A stretch of 64,000 nucleotides of DNA from Octopus vulgaris (taxonomy: Eukaryota): assembly GCA_951406725.2 (NCBI GenBank), contig OX597814.1:104408001-104472000 (forward strand). The letters run 5' to 3'. Made by a program: the position numbers and the translations under genes. Below the pieces are notes generated by a model. That model did no database searches. It was not told the origin of the DNA and saw nothing but the letters and a program-made list of their open reading frames with translations. Within the stretch, counting starts at the first letter, position 1. Each line of letters begins with the position of its first letter. This document shows positions 1 to 12,614 of the stretch, in pieces.

Positions 1-189
1 ATGGGGTCGAGAATCAGAAACACAAACCAAAAACTGTCTAGGGGACGCAACTCCACTTTTTTTAAATCTTAAAAAAAAATTTACCATCATTTTTTTCCAT
101 TTTTTTGCTATTTTTTGGCTATAAATCTCTAAAAATGCTTTATAGTTATTTCCCTTACAAACCTGAGCAACGCCGGGCGATACTGCTAG
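1..189 (+). mobile_element. Non-autonomous Helitron, 3' part (runs off window start)
   Basis: Ends in subterminal hairpin cctgagcaacgccggg followed by CTAG|T at 186-190; positions 1-53 are the reverse complement of ~990-1043 in the neighbouring Helitron. Confidence 0.8.
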
Positions 190-364
190 TATATATATAA
201 ACATAGATGGATCTGAATATATGTATGTTTATATGTATACGTGAATACATATATGTCTATATATGTCTATATGTGTGTACATGTGTGTATATGTATGCGT
301 CTGCACAGGCGCATTCAAAATGAACACCCGCATACACACTCATTGTTTCCAAAAACATTAATTA

Positions 365-1239
365 CTAGCAGAATTGCCAGGCGATGCTCGGGGCTGAATT
401 GCTTGAAAGTACTGTTAATGATTGCACTGAATTATGATGATTATTCAGGCAAATATTGATATAAGTTTACGGTGGGAGATAAGGACTTAACGATCAAACG
501 TGTGCCATTGCATTGTTTTGGGGGAACCAAATTTCTAATGAGCATTTTAGGGGCACCAACTTTAAGTTTGAGAATGTGTGGTGGTAGTCCGGGGGTCTCA
601 AAGGAATTGAGTACCTCTATTGGATAGTTGATGACGTCCTCTGGGTCAGGAGTTGTATCGATAGACTGATATACATAGACTTCCCCAGGAATGATTTTTA
701 GCATTTCATCATTAATATGGTGAACAGTTTTATTCCTCGGGGCCAGAATAGCCCTTTCGCCAATCCAATCCATATTCTGATAATTAGCTTGTAGATCTGG
801 GAACACTGCATCTCTGAGATCAGAAGGCGTTTTAACAATGGTACAAATGGAATCGATGGCAATATTACCATTTTCATCCCCTGGTATTTTGCCTTCGCCA
901 AGTTGAGAGTTAAAAAGGTCGAGTTGCGTCCCCTAGACAGTCTGTACCAGGAATAGCTGGATATTGATGGAGTTGAGAGTTAAAAAGGTCGAGTTGCATC
1001 CCCTAGACAGTCTGTGGTTTGTGTTTCTGATTCTCGACCCCATGTCAAATTTATCGATTTTTTTCAGAACTGGGAGAACTTTTCAAAATTTTGGCTGCGT
1101 TAGTTTTGAATTATGACATTGGGCTATGTGTGTGTCAAGTTTCATCAGAATCGGTTGAAAGCCGTGGTCAGGGTGAGGGTACAACCTAACAGACACACAG
1201 ACACGCACACAGACAAACTGCCGTTTATATAGAGAGAGA
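365..1239 (-). mobile_element. Internally deleted Helitron carrying a Pif1-helicase remnant
   Basis: Minus strand starts A|TCTCTCTCTATATAAAC at 1240/1239 and ends hairpin cccgagcatcgcctgg + CTAG|T at 368-364: AT target, no TSD. Confidence 0.88.
441..900 (-). pseudogene. Helitron RepHel Pif1-like (SF1B) helicase fragment
   Basis: Translation ERAILAPRNKTV...YPIEVLNSFETPGLPPHILKLKVGAPKMLIRNLVPPKQCNGTRLIVKSL matches the Pif1 helicase C-terminal motifs; truncated at both ends. Confidence 0.9.
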
Positions 1240-1487
1240 TAAGTATTAATTAAAAGTGTTACTTAAAAGTATTATTTTGGAACATTGCTTAAACAGCAAA
1301 ACGTTCATTTCATACTTCAAAATATATTCAGATAGATGTTTTCTAAAAAAAAAAAAACAATCAGACTCGGTTTACCAGCTGATGATTGGCAAGGAGTGAG
1401 CAAATCAGTGGAGACAAATTAACAACTCTGAGTACTGTAAATCGGAAACTTACAGTTATAATGTGTGTATGTATGTATGTATGTATA

Positions 1488-1800
1488 AAGGGTAAAGACC
1501 CCTTCGGTCATGAATGACCATGGGTTTGTACCAAGAAAATTACTCTCCGAGGAACGAGTAAGATTGATTATGGAAGACCAGCAGCCACCCATGCATAGAA
1601 GACTCCTCTCTCCACGCCACTGATTTTATCCAAGGGGCCGATACAGCTTGGCACCTGTGACGTCGCAACTCATTTCTACAGCTGAGTGAAATAAAGTGTC
1701 TAGCTAAAAAAAAAACAACACACAACCTGATCCGGGAATCGAACTCGCTACTTCATGATTGTGAGCCTGACTTTCTAACCACTGAGCCATGCGCCTTCAC
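1488..1800 (-). mobile_element. tRNA-derived SINE (family A)
   Basis: Minus-strand head GTGAAGGCGCATGGCTCAGTGGTTAG...GAGTTCGATTCCCGG (Pol III A and B boxes); body repeated at ~55098-55415. Confidence 0.8.
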
Positions 1801-1907
<107 letters not shown>

Positions 1908-1977
1908 AATATATGTGTATATATATATATGTATATATGTGTGTGTGTATATACATATATATGTGTATATATATATA

Positions 1978-2016
<39 letters not shown>

Positions 2017-2159
2017 GTATGCATATATAAACGTACACACATACACTTCACACCCATAATCCCACACGTACATATATGCGTTGTTAAGAACGAACAGAGG
2101 AAAAAAACCTAATTTAGTTTACTCTGTTGTAGTTTTGTAATTGAATTTCCTACGTACAT

Positions 2160-2482
2160 ATAACTGGTACTCCGTCGGTTGCGACAACGTGGGTTCCAGT
2201 TGATCCGATCAACGGAACAGCTTGCTCGTGAGATTAACATGCAAGTGGCTGAGCGCTTTACAAACACGAGTACCTTTAGCGTAATTCTAGATTCAGCGTG
2301 ACACAATGTAGCATGGCTGTCCTTTTGAAATACAGAGCCAATTCCTTTTTGCTAGTTGAGTGGACTGGAGCAACGTAAATTAAAGTGTCTTGCTGAAGGA
2401 CACAATGCAGCACCGGGAAGTGAACTCATGACCTTACGACCGTGAGCGGAATACCCTAACCAGTGGGCCACGCGTCTTCACC
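2160..2482 (-). mobile_element. tRNA-derived SINE (family A head, different body)
   Basis: Same A/B-box head; body repeated at ~33735-34068 and partly ~60190-60260. Confidence 0.75.
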
Positions 2483-2809
2483 TGTATTTCTCTTCTGAAG
2501 ACGTTGAACTGGAAAAAAAACAAAACAAAGAAAACAAGAAAAAAACAGAAAAACGCTAACAATCTGGTGAAATTGAAGATGGTTGAAACGAGTGAATCGA
2601 GGTTGAAATGCAAATTAAAGCCAGACGTTGTTCACAGATAAATGCGGGAAGGAGGACAATTCACGGGTACGAGTTCTTCATGGCAGGTGTCTAACATCTG
2701 ACGGACGAAAAGGTGGAAACGCCATTCACGGTTTACCGATCAGAATGGGAAAGGTGGTGGTGGTGGTGGTGGTGGGGGGATATTGATATAATTGTAAAAA
2801 TAGGGAGGA

Positions 2810-2941
2810 AGGGTAATTTGGCTGTGTTGTTAAGGAGCTCGCTTTGGAACCATGTGGTTTGTGGTTCAGTCCCTCAGCACGGCACCTTGGGTCGACAAAT
2901 GCCTAGTGAATTCGCTTGTTAGAAACTGTATGGACGCCTGT

Positions 2942-2993
<52 letters not shown>

Positions 2994-3790
2994 AGAGATA
3001 GGTGTTCTCTATATAGAATATACTTCGAAGTGCTCAAGAGATTTGAATTTCAGCTGGTATATATATATCATCATCATCATCATCATCATTACCATCGTTT
3101 AACGACCGCTTTCCATGCTAGCATGGGTTGGACGATTTGACTGAGGGCTGGCGAACCAGATGGCTGCACCAGGCTCCAATCTTGATCTGGCAGAGTTTCT
3201 ACAGCTGGATGCCCTTCCTACGCCAATCACTCCGAGAGTGTAGTGGGTGCTCTTTACGTGCCACCGGCATGGGGGCCAGTCAGTCGGTACTGGCAACGAC
3301 CTCGCTCGAATGTTTTCACAAGTGCCAGTAAGGCGATGCTGGTAATGATCACGCTCGAATGGTGCCCTTTTATGTGTCATCGGTCATCGGCACGGAAGCC
3401 AGTTGGCTGCTCTGGCAACGATCACGCTCGGATGGTGCTCTTAGCACCCTACTAGCACGGGGCACAAGTGTCAGTAAGGCAACGCTGGTATCGATCACAC
3501 TCGTATGGTGCTCTTTGCACCCCGCTAGCACGGATGCCAGTCATCGAATTTGATATATATATACGAGCGTGTATGTGTGCCTTTGTGGTTGTGTTTGTTT
3601 TGCACTACTACTTGGTAACATGTGTGGGTTTGTTTATGACCCCGCAACTTATAGATTCGACTGACAGAATAAGTTCTAGACTTGAAAATAAATGCTGAGA
3701 CCTATCTGTTCGAGTAAAATTCTTCAAAGCAGTGCTCCAGTATGGCCAGTGTTCAAGGAGTGAAAGAAGTAAATGATAAAGAAAAAAAGA
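2810..3790 (+). mobile_element. SINE family B split by inserts in its central microsatellite
   Basis: Head at ~2810-2940 (ggttcagtccctcagcacggcaccttggg) and tail at ~3570-3790 (gcagtgctccagtatggcc) match the full copy at 31248-31717. Confidence 0.6.
3068..3555 (-). mobile_element. Retroposon (SINE or LINE 3' derivative) with (ATG)n tail and internal degenerate tandem units
   Basis: (CAT)n tail at ~3068-3090; repeated ctggYaaYgatcacgctcgRatggtgc modules between ~3290 and 3540. Confidence 0.6.
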
Positions 3791-4699
3791 TGTGATAATT
3801 GAAGTAAAGAATTAAAAAAAAGTGGAGGGAATGAATCAGGGTAACACTGAATGAGAATAATAAAAGGTAGGAAGAGGTTAGAGGGAGAATTAAAGCGGGG
3901 AAAGTTTGGTGAGTTTTAGGAAGGTGGGTCGTACACATTTGAATCGAACGAACGATTCATTGGAGGACAACGAGGTCCAGGGGTGATACAAGTGACACAA
4001 TTTAAATAGAAGTCCCGTGAAGGAGTTGACTTCATTCTAATCGATTCATCTTCATAATCGTCATCAACAACAGCAACGAAAACCTATTGGCATTGCTGAC
4101 TCGAGTCCTAGGGCTCATAATGCCGCTTACCCGGTTACCATGGAGTATCAATGACTAAGATCACAACACCGACTTGAAGGGGACGCCACTCTATCATCGG
4201 GTTTATTCATTTACAGCTGAATGAACAGGAACAACATAAAATGAAGCAAAGATTGCCAACATAACATGGCAGCCCTGGTTTAGGACATCGTCCCCAGCTG
4301 GCTATACGACACGATCTGTGTCCTTACATTTTCGAACAAGAAATCTAACACCCCCTCTCAGCTCAAAACAATATGTGTATCGCGATTTCTGGGTTATTTC
4401 CCTTTATAAAAAGAAGCATTTTGCTTAAGATTACGATGCACCACCCAGTTCGTGAATCGAAATCACAATCTTGCGATTGTGTAACTCTCTAACCACTAGA
4501 CCACGCGCCTTCACTATTTCTGTTTGATCGGTGGATTTGAATAAGGAAATTAGAATCGGTCCCTGTGTTGGAAAAGGCTTATCAGGTTATTCATGCAATG
4601 GGAAAGGAACGTGAAGGAGAGAATCCGATAAAGAATGATAATTGAAGGATAGCAGGAAACTAATGATTCACATGTGAAGGATCGCTTAGCTTAATGGTC

Positions 4700-5222
4700 C
4701 AGATCCCTGAGCTGTAATTCGGGAGGTACTGGGTTCGACTCTCTGTAGCAGCTTGTTCACTATCAGTGTTTCACATATTGTGGAGAAAAAACCCTGATAT
4801 AACAAAGGGACTGAGTGAGAATTCATTATATAACCCAAAGTAGGGTTGGACTGATATAATTTGAGCAGATACTGGTGCAAGAGGCGAAAAAGTCTCATAG
4901 TGTTTAAACAATTCATGAAATTGTTGATAATTTTCTATGATTAACCCATGATTAATTATGGTTATTAATTTGGTTAACGTTTACTCAAATTCATCCCCAC
5001 TGCATTGTGCGAACACGCATTTATAAGCATGTAAATATCTTGAGAGTCTTTCAGAAATTCTATTAATGATCTTCTCATTGGTCCACAGAATAGACAAGGA
5101 TTCCTCAGAACAGAGTCTGCATCTTCTGGAAAGGGTATTATGTGGCTGTACGGGCCTTATTATAAACCAAGTTAGATCATATTCAATTCTATCTTCCTTA
5201 CATTGCCACAGAAAATCAACTA
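4700..5222 (-). mobile_element. Penelope-like element fragment (GIY-YIG endonuclease C-terminus plus downstream region)
   Basis: Translation SLVDFLWQCKEDRIEYDLTWFII...RRCRLCSEESLSIL...IINRISERLSRYLH resembles the PLE EN C-terminal pattern (W-x-LK...W-x-I...C-x-LC-x-E...LN...C-x-H). Confidence 0.7.
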
Positions 5223-5284
5223 AAGATGTTGAACCCGGAACCACATGGTTGGTAAGCAAGCTACTTACCACACAGCCACTCCTT

Positions 5285-5352
<68 letters not shown>

Positions 5353-5906
5353 TATATCAGAAGAGTTTAAATTTAAACCGAGGGATGAAACAGTAGTTTT
5401 TAGTTGACTACAAATATAAATACATTTACATTAAGTTTAGAAAAAAATGTTGACAGTAACTTCGAAGTTTTCACCTTCCTCACCTTCTTAATAACGCACA
5501 CACACACAGACACACTCGCATGCGTGCGCATATCTATATGCATAAGTAAATGAATGTGCTTGTGAATACGTATATCCTTGTCAAATCGCTTCTTAATATA
5601 TGTCGGTCGGTTTTGCTATTTTATATTTGAAAATTGAACTCCACCTCCTGCTTAGTGAGCATCCCCACCACCAATCCTCCTCAGTGACTAAACAACCGAA
5701 ACAGCTGGCTTTCATTTTGATTGCCCAATCATAATTGAGATAAATGTTGGAATATTTGTACAACTGGGACCAATATTTTTCAGTTTTCCATCTTTATTTC
5801 ATATATTTTCAAATATATATTTATGAAAAAGGAATGTATATGTATATGCATGCATGCATACATATTTACCTACCTACATACATAATGCATACAGATACAT
5901 ATATGA

Positions 5907-5962
<56 letters not shown>

Positions 5963-6074
5963 CGAGGTTAAGAAAGAACTTACTAGATCTACAAAGCAAA
6001 CTTTAAAATTATATTATTAAAGAATTAAATTGATTAAAACTATCAGTGAGGTCATTCTTTTCCTTTTTCAAATA

Positions 6075-6756
6075 TACGTGTTCTGATCAATAAGTATCCG
6101 GACTATTGCCATAATAACGAAGCTAAAGCCTGCATAATGAAGCCGCTTGGCACAAATTGACTATAAACTATTCTGTGCATTTGCACTAAGTTTTGATTTT
6201 GTAGCTCACTTCTACTGTTTACAGCAGTGCTTGGAAGAACTGTGTATAGAGTGTGATCGTCACATTGACCATGACAGAAAGTTGAGCCGAGAATCTGCGT
6301 CAAATTTTGCCAAAAGCTTGACGATACCTGCTCAGATGTCTACGCAAAGATTTCAAAAAGATTTCATCGTTCTCGACACAATGAAGGAGACCTTGTGCAA
6401 CTGAAACCCGAGTGTCTTCTTGGTTAGCTGAAAGCAGTTCTGGCACAAACTTGGTAGACACGCGTCTCATACCCAAATCTTCAACCATAATAGAATGAAC
6501 TGAACCATAACTAATCTGCACATCCTCTGATAACTCACGGATGGGGATTCGACGATTTCCCTTCACAGATGCACCCACATCCGCGATATCTTGCTCAGTT
6601 CTGCTGGTTGCAGCCCTCCCAGAACGTTTGTCAATATCGACGTTTTTTCGGCCATCTTGGAAACATCTGAAACACTCGTACACTTGTATGCAGCTCATAT
6701 ACTCCTCACTATACACTTTCTGCAATTTAGTGTAGGTCTCTTAGCAGGTATCGCCA
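6075..6756. mobile_element. Mariner relic with internal inversion
   Basis: TIR-like tacgtgttctgatcaataagtatccggact and transposase N-terminus (..RICVKFCQKLDDTCS..) on +; HTH region (FQDGRKNVDIDKRSGR...LGMRRVSTKFVPELL) on - at ~6350-6755. Confidence 0.85.
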
Positions 6757-6771
6757 TGACAGATTTCTCTG

Positions 6772-6840
<69 letters not shown>

Positions 6841-7785
6841 TACATACACACACACACATATATATATGTACATACATTGGAAGAATGAGAAAATAAATGA
6901 CTTTTAATCCGGAATCTTCAAGACATCGTTTGTATTAACAAATGGCAATTTAGAGCAACATCCAAGTACAAAACTAAAGAAGATAGCCCCCCCCTACCCC
7001 CCTACCCCCCTACCCCCCCTACCCCCCCCCCAAAAAAAAAACACTGCTGTTTTGACTTTGCAAACGACTCTCTTTACTACTATCTGGTTTACCATACAGG
7101 CGACCTTTTCATTCTTACCCACAAGTTACATTTATTACTTTTCTCTCTCTGAAATCTGCTTACTTTCCTTCTTGCACACATTGTCATACATATACACACA
7201 CATTACACACACACGGACGCATACAGACACACTTGTGAGCTCGTACACCTCCACATGTTTACTCATTCAAACAACATGGCCGTTCTGGCAGCTAAATGAA
7301 AACACGGTAGACTCGCTTCTATTCAAACGAGGGAGACGTTAGGCATACATCACTTAATGTCTAATGCCATCTCTGTCTATACGGACATTCATTAATAATT
7401 GAGTTGACTTGGCAAGAAAATCAATGAGGAAATTACCTGGTCACACCATCCGCGTAGAAATCATAGTTAAGTTAGTGCTAAAATAGTGAATACAATGAAT
7501 GAAAGTCAGTAAGATTGACTTAATAAAATATTTGTGACGCTGGCGTCAGGACTGGGTGTAGATCTTTTAATACCCTAATCACAACCTAACAATATTGTCG
7601 CCCACCTTTACACCTCTTCTGCCAAAACGACAAGAGATGACAGCAATACATGCTGTTTGGATAATATTGAATTATAAAACCCAGATTTCTCGCAGTTAGA
7701 AGCCCCAGGGTCAGACTCCCTCGTCTCACAAATCTATTTTAAATAAAACACTGTTTGTTTGCCCTTTTCTTCATTTAACATTAAA

Positions 7786-7941
7786 TAACACACTCACCGG
7801 TAAAATTTCCACTTTTTAAATTATTTTTATTGTCCCAAAATTTTCGTTGCGTATTGCAACCTTTTCAATAGTTTTGACTCTCAATAGTTTTAGGACAATA
7901 AAAATAAAAAAAAAGTGGAAATTTTGCCGGTGAGTGTGTTA
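7786..7941. repeat. Inverted repeat (~55-bp arms) enclosing a hammerhead motif; Penelope-like pseudo-LTR derivative
   Basis: taacacactcaccggtaaaatttccactttt... at 7786-7840 versus ...aaaagtggaaattttgccggtgagtgtgtta at 7888-7941. Confidence 0.85.
7835..7871 (-). ncRNA. Minimal type-I hammerhead ribozyme motif, U3-A8 variant
   Basis: CUA-UUGAAAA-G-GUUGC(aauac)GCAAC-GAAA-AU-UU-UGG; perfect 5-bp stem II and 3-bp stem I. Confidence 0.65.
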
Positions 7942-8118
7942 CATAATAAGGCACAAAAAGAAAATGACTCTCTCCAGACACAACAGAATATGCTTCAACA
8001 CACGAACTCATATAAAGAATCTTGCAAACCAAATCCCAAAATGAAATTAAATAACAGGGAAATACATAAACAAATTATTTGCTTTTAATTATTATCATAG
8101 GGAATTATGAAACATTCC

Positions 8119-8201
<83 letters not shown>

Positions 8202-8297
8202 GGAGCACATAAAACTTATAATGTGCGATTTGCACCAAGGTAAATCTGGTTCTGGAAAAAACAAACAAACAGAAAGAAAAATCTGTGTCGTAGACGC

Positions 8298-8400
8298 TTC
8301 CCTTAGCGTTCCCTTCCCCTAGCGTTCCCTTCCCTTAACGTTCCCTTCCCTTAGCGTCCCCTTCCCTTAACGTTCCCTTCCCTTAACGTTCCCTTCCCTT
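8298..8400. repeat. 16-bp minisatellite (ttcccttaRcgttccc), about 6.5 units
   Basis: Directly visible tandem units; the minus strand carries regularly spaced G3 runs. Confidence 0.9.
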
Positions 8401-8519
8401 GTGACGCTAATTACGTGCTTATTTCGTTTTATGGTTAATCCGGTTCTGTCTACCGTAAACTCATATACCCTCCCACTCACCTCCCTTTCCCCTTTTGACT
8501 CTCTCTTTTCCGTCTTTTA

Positions 8520-8553
<34 letters not shown>

Positions 8554-9450
8554 TTCCCCCTCTCACTTTCTCATTCCTTTCTTACTCTGTCCCCTCTCTC
8601 TTTTAACACCTACCCTCTCTCCAGTTATTACGTGTTGCCTGTTTCAGTCAATATTTCACTTCTCCATTTCCCCCCTTCTCCCAGTTCCTTGTTTATCTTC
8701 CTCTTTATATCACTGTTTCTTTCTGCCCTTCACTTCTTATTACCATCATTATCATCTCACTATTCCCCCTTTCTCCCTCCCCTCTATTACTATATCTCCC
8801 TCAGACACCCCCACTTCTCGGCCCACCATAACTTACATCCAAATCTCCTCTTCTTCTTTCTCATCACTGTAGACCCCTACGCAGTATCCCCCTACTTCTG
8901 CCTCCACCGCCCTCTTACTGTGCCTCGTCTGATTTATTTATCCCAGCCTGTCAGAATGTGATGACAGCCATCATTCGGACCAAGTTGTTAGTTTATAACG
9001 TAATAACCGAGAAAAACAGGCAAAAAGTCGAAAAACCTTTGATTACACTACGTGCATGTGTGCGGCGTGTACGCGTATACGATAGACACAGATGATGGAT
9101 TTTATACATTTATTGAGGGCTTACAATTGTTCCCGATAAATACCGGAGGGATGTAGTTCCATAGATCAATTTTATTAATCGATCGATCCAAGGTAGATCC
9201 CCCCCCCAAAAAAAAATAGAGAACAAATAGAGAACAAATCATGCTTCGCTATCTTCAGAGCCACAGTGAACTGAAAGTAGGGAATTTGATTTTATATATA
9301 TATATATATATATATAAGAGATAATGGTGTCATTGAGACCCAAAGGTGGCAGGTAATGCTGAATAAGTGCTATAGATAGACCATAATTAAGTTCCAGATT
9401 CGGTAATATTGCGAATAAAGGGTTCAACGTTGGTTCTATGTCAGCGAGTG

Positions 9451-9825
9451 TATATAAGATTTTTTTGCGTAATAAGATAAAAAAACCCCAAGGCTGTGTA
9501 GATATTAGAACATTTATAGATAGAAGGTCTTACAGCTGTTTGGACTTTACTCATAGGATATTGGAATATTGCATGTATACCAATATGCATAAAATGGATT
9601 TACAACTTCAATACCCATACATATCTTGCATCTATTTTCTTTCCTCCACCTCACTCTCTATTTTGTATCACATCTAAACTTACTATGACCATCCTCTCAC
9701 ACCATCTCCGATGAAGGAATATAATTAATAAATATCATAGAAACAGCTGTAAGACCTATCTATAAATGTTCTAATATCTACACAGCCTTGGTTTTTTATC
9801 TTATTACGCAAAAAATTCTTATATA
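9451..9825. repeat. Inverted repeat (~85-90-bp arms), PLE pseudo-LTR-like, with a degenerate hammerhead at 9705-9754
   Basis: Arms 9451-9541 and 9741-9825; UCU-CCGAUGA...GAAA-CAGCUG-UA-AGA leads into the right arm. Confidence 0.8.
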
Positions 9826-9829
9826 TATA

Positions 9830-10110
9830 TGGTTCCGGGTTCAGTCCCACTGCGTGTTTGTCCCCCCACCATCGCTTGACAATCGATGTTAGTGTGTTTA
9901 CGTCCCTGTAACTTAGCGGTTCGGCAAAAGAGAGTAATAGAATAAGTACTATCCTTAAATCCTTTAAAATGTTTTAGCCCGAAGGCCGCGGCCATGCTGG
10001 GGCGCCACAGCTTACAAAGAATATGTCCTGGGGTCGATTTGTTCGACTAAACGCAGTGCTCCAGCATGACCGCGTTCAAATGACTGAAACAAATAAAGAA
10101 ATAAAAGAAT
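9830..10110 (+). mobile_element. SINE family B, deleted, with an antisense tail insertion
   Basis: Matches the head end and 3' half of the 31248-31717 copy; extra ~57 bp at ~9952-10008. Confidence 0.75.
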
Positions 10111-10459
10111 GTGAGTGTGTATTCAGTGACAAGAGAGGATAAAGGACTGACCTTGGTGAGTATAAGCCGTGATGGCACAAAGTTAGCGAACCTTTCTTTA
10201 ATTTTCCCAGAAATGATAGAATAAAGTACCAGTAATAAGCTGAGGTAGATTTAGTCGTCTGTAACCTACTTTAGCCTTTGTAATTAATTTGTGATTATGT
10301 TAGGAGCGGATCTTTTAACAGAGGAGATACATTCAGCTCTTACTTAACGTGGTTGCGTTTGCATTACAGAAGCGATAAATGAAAATACCCGTGGCATACT
10401 GAGGGTAGTTCAGTTGACTAAATCCCAATCAAAGTGAGGAATGATTAATTTACATTAAA

Positions 10460-11052
10460 GAAAGCTCTTGCGTTTTGCGTCTGCGGCGTTTGCATGACCT
10501 GTCTGGAAGAAATCAGCCCATGTTAAGAAACCTGACCCAGCACGCAACGCAACTACTGCTTGGGTCACTGGCTACACGAAACTCGCCAACACAAACAACC
10601 TGCACCACCACGCTGGCATTGCCCCTACCGGTATCAGATGGGGTGTGGCCTGTCCAGTCTAAACAACAAATGCTACTAGTGATGAACGCTGCCTCCTGCC
10701 CAGCGATTGAAGTCAAAGAGAAGCTTCCTCAGTCGTATTCAGCTTTTAACAACATAGAAAGAAACGAGATACCATTTCTGGATGGAATCGCTTGAGAGCG
10801 ATTCTCCCCCAAGTGACATAGGAACCGCCTCTCTCATGTCCTCCGTTCTGGCTCAGAAGCACCATGGACTCACTCACCCGAGAACGAGAACGGGATAACC
10901 AAAAGTTACTTTAACCAAATGGGGCTATCCAAGACCGGCCCAACCATCTGTTAATTTGGACAAGCAGACCATGCTTTCAAGCACTGCCTTATCCTCCTTC
11001 TTCTACCAAAGACTTGTAGCTCAAGAGACTTGCAGAATTCAATAATAATAAT
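10460..11052 (+). mobile_element. LINE 3' fragment, Vingi/Ingi-like
   Basis: Frameshifted translation ALAFC..PVWKKSAHVKKPDPA...VTGYTK..NTNNLHHHAGIAPTGIR and later TKVTLTKWGY, ending in (AAT)n; fits the post-RT region of Ingi/Vingi-type elements. Confidence 0.65.
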
Positions 11053-11334
11053 TCAAAGCAGTGAGAGACTGTTATGGAACCATTTATACTTTGAAGAACC
11101 ATTTATACTTTGAAGAACCATTTATACTTTTGAAGAATTGAAAGTTAATGATTATGCTAAACATAGTTGGTGAATCTCCCTCAAAGCTCACCATCTTAAA
11201 CAGTGAAGGAACTCGCGTATAATGTAACCCATAGAATAGACGGGAAGGACATGGTTGGAATGCTTTAGAGCGTAGGTCTTGTTGAACCGACCTAGAGCGA
11301 AACAACATCGACAGCACTAACAGGATAATCGTCA

Positions 11335-11399
11335 TACCATCATCATCACCATCATCTTCATCATCATCATCATCATCCTCATCAATCATCCTCATCACT

Positions 11400-11446
<47 letters not shown>

Positions 11447-11514
11447 AATCATCATCATCATCATCATCATCCTCATCCTCCTCCTCATCATCCTCATGAA
11501 TCATCATCATCACT

Positions 11515-11567
<53 letters not shown>

Positions 11568-11599
11568 TATCATCATCATCATCATCGTCATCATCATCA

Positions 11600-11630
<31 letters not shown>

Positions 11631-11768
11631 GTCGTCATCATCATCCTCGTCATAATCCTCATCATCATCACCACCATCATCATCATCATCGTCGTCATCA
11701 TCGTCATCATCATCATCATCATCATCGTCATAATCATCATTATCATCATCATCATCATCATCACCACC

Positions 11769-11800
<32 letters not shown>

Positions 11801-11819
11801 CGTCATCGTCATCATCATT

Positions 11820-11859
<40 letters not shown>

Positions 11860-12110
11860 ACAGTGATAGCATCAACAATGCCAACATCGACATCACCATC
11901 ACCACCACCACCACCACCACCACCACCACCACCACCACCACCACCACCACCATCATCACCACCACCACCACCACCACCACCACCACCACCACCATCATCA
12001 TCACCACCATCATCATCACCACCACCACCACCACCATCATCATCACCACCATCATCATATCACCCCCCTCCCACCACCATCATCCTCACCACCACCATCA
12101 TCACCAACAA
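11335..12110. repeat. Long compound (CAT)n/(CAC)n trinucleotide tract
   Basis: About 780 bp of degenerate CAT repeats switching to CAC near 11895. Confidence 0.95.
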
Positions 12111-12530
12111 CAACTGTTGTTTCAGCTTAATATGATTTCATGACCAGTTGTTATTACACTAACCAAAATGTCTGATTTGATTCGCTCAGTTTCTGTCTGC
12201 TGTTAGATTTCTGTTTTTCAGTCTCTTTTATTCAAATATATTTTTCCAATAAAATAAAATACTCCAACAAATGATAAAAATAAATACACATAATAAATAA
12301 AACATACACATACAAATAATCAGGAGTCGCCATATTAGCCACTACAAAAGTTACAGCAAGATTAACGACCATTAACTTCCGGTGTCCTGCCAACAACATT
12401 TTCTTCTTAAACACCAGATAAACCCAAACATTTTGTTCGCCTTTTATTCGCTTTCCTTTCCTTTTCTTTTTACTGCCGCCACAAAAAAATAAAACTCTTT
12501 CATCTTTCTTTTTCTTCCGTTTTGAACAAT

Positions 12531-12614
<84 letters not shown>

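Noticed and set aside
901-1015. Repeat-spacer-repeat resembling CRISPR
   Set aside because: Only two units, inside a Helitron, eukaryotic context, no cas genes.
1725-1800. tRNA-like sequence
   Set aside because: SINE head with A/B boxes, continuous with a repeated body; no complete cloverleaf.
8401-8961. 186-aa hydrophobic ORF
   Set aside because: Pyrimidine-rich low-complexity strand, which is naturally depleted of stops.
11084-12143. Long poly-His/Ile/Thr/Met/Pro ORFs
   Set aside because: Translations of a (CAT)n/(CAC)n microsatellite, open in several frames on both strands.
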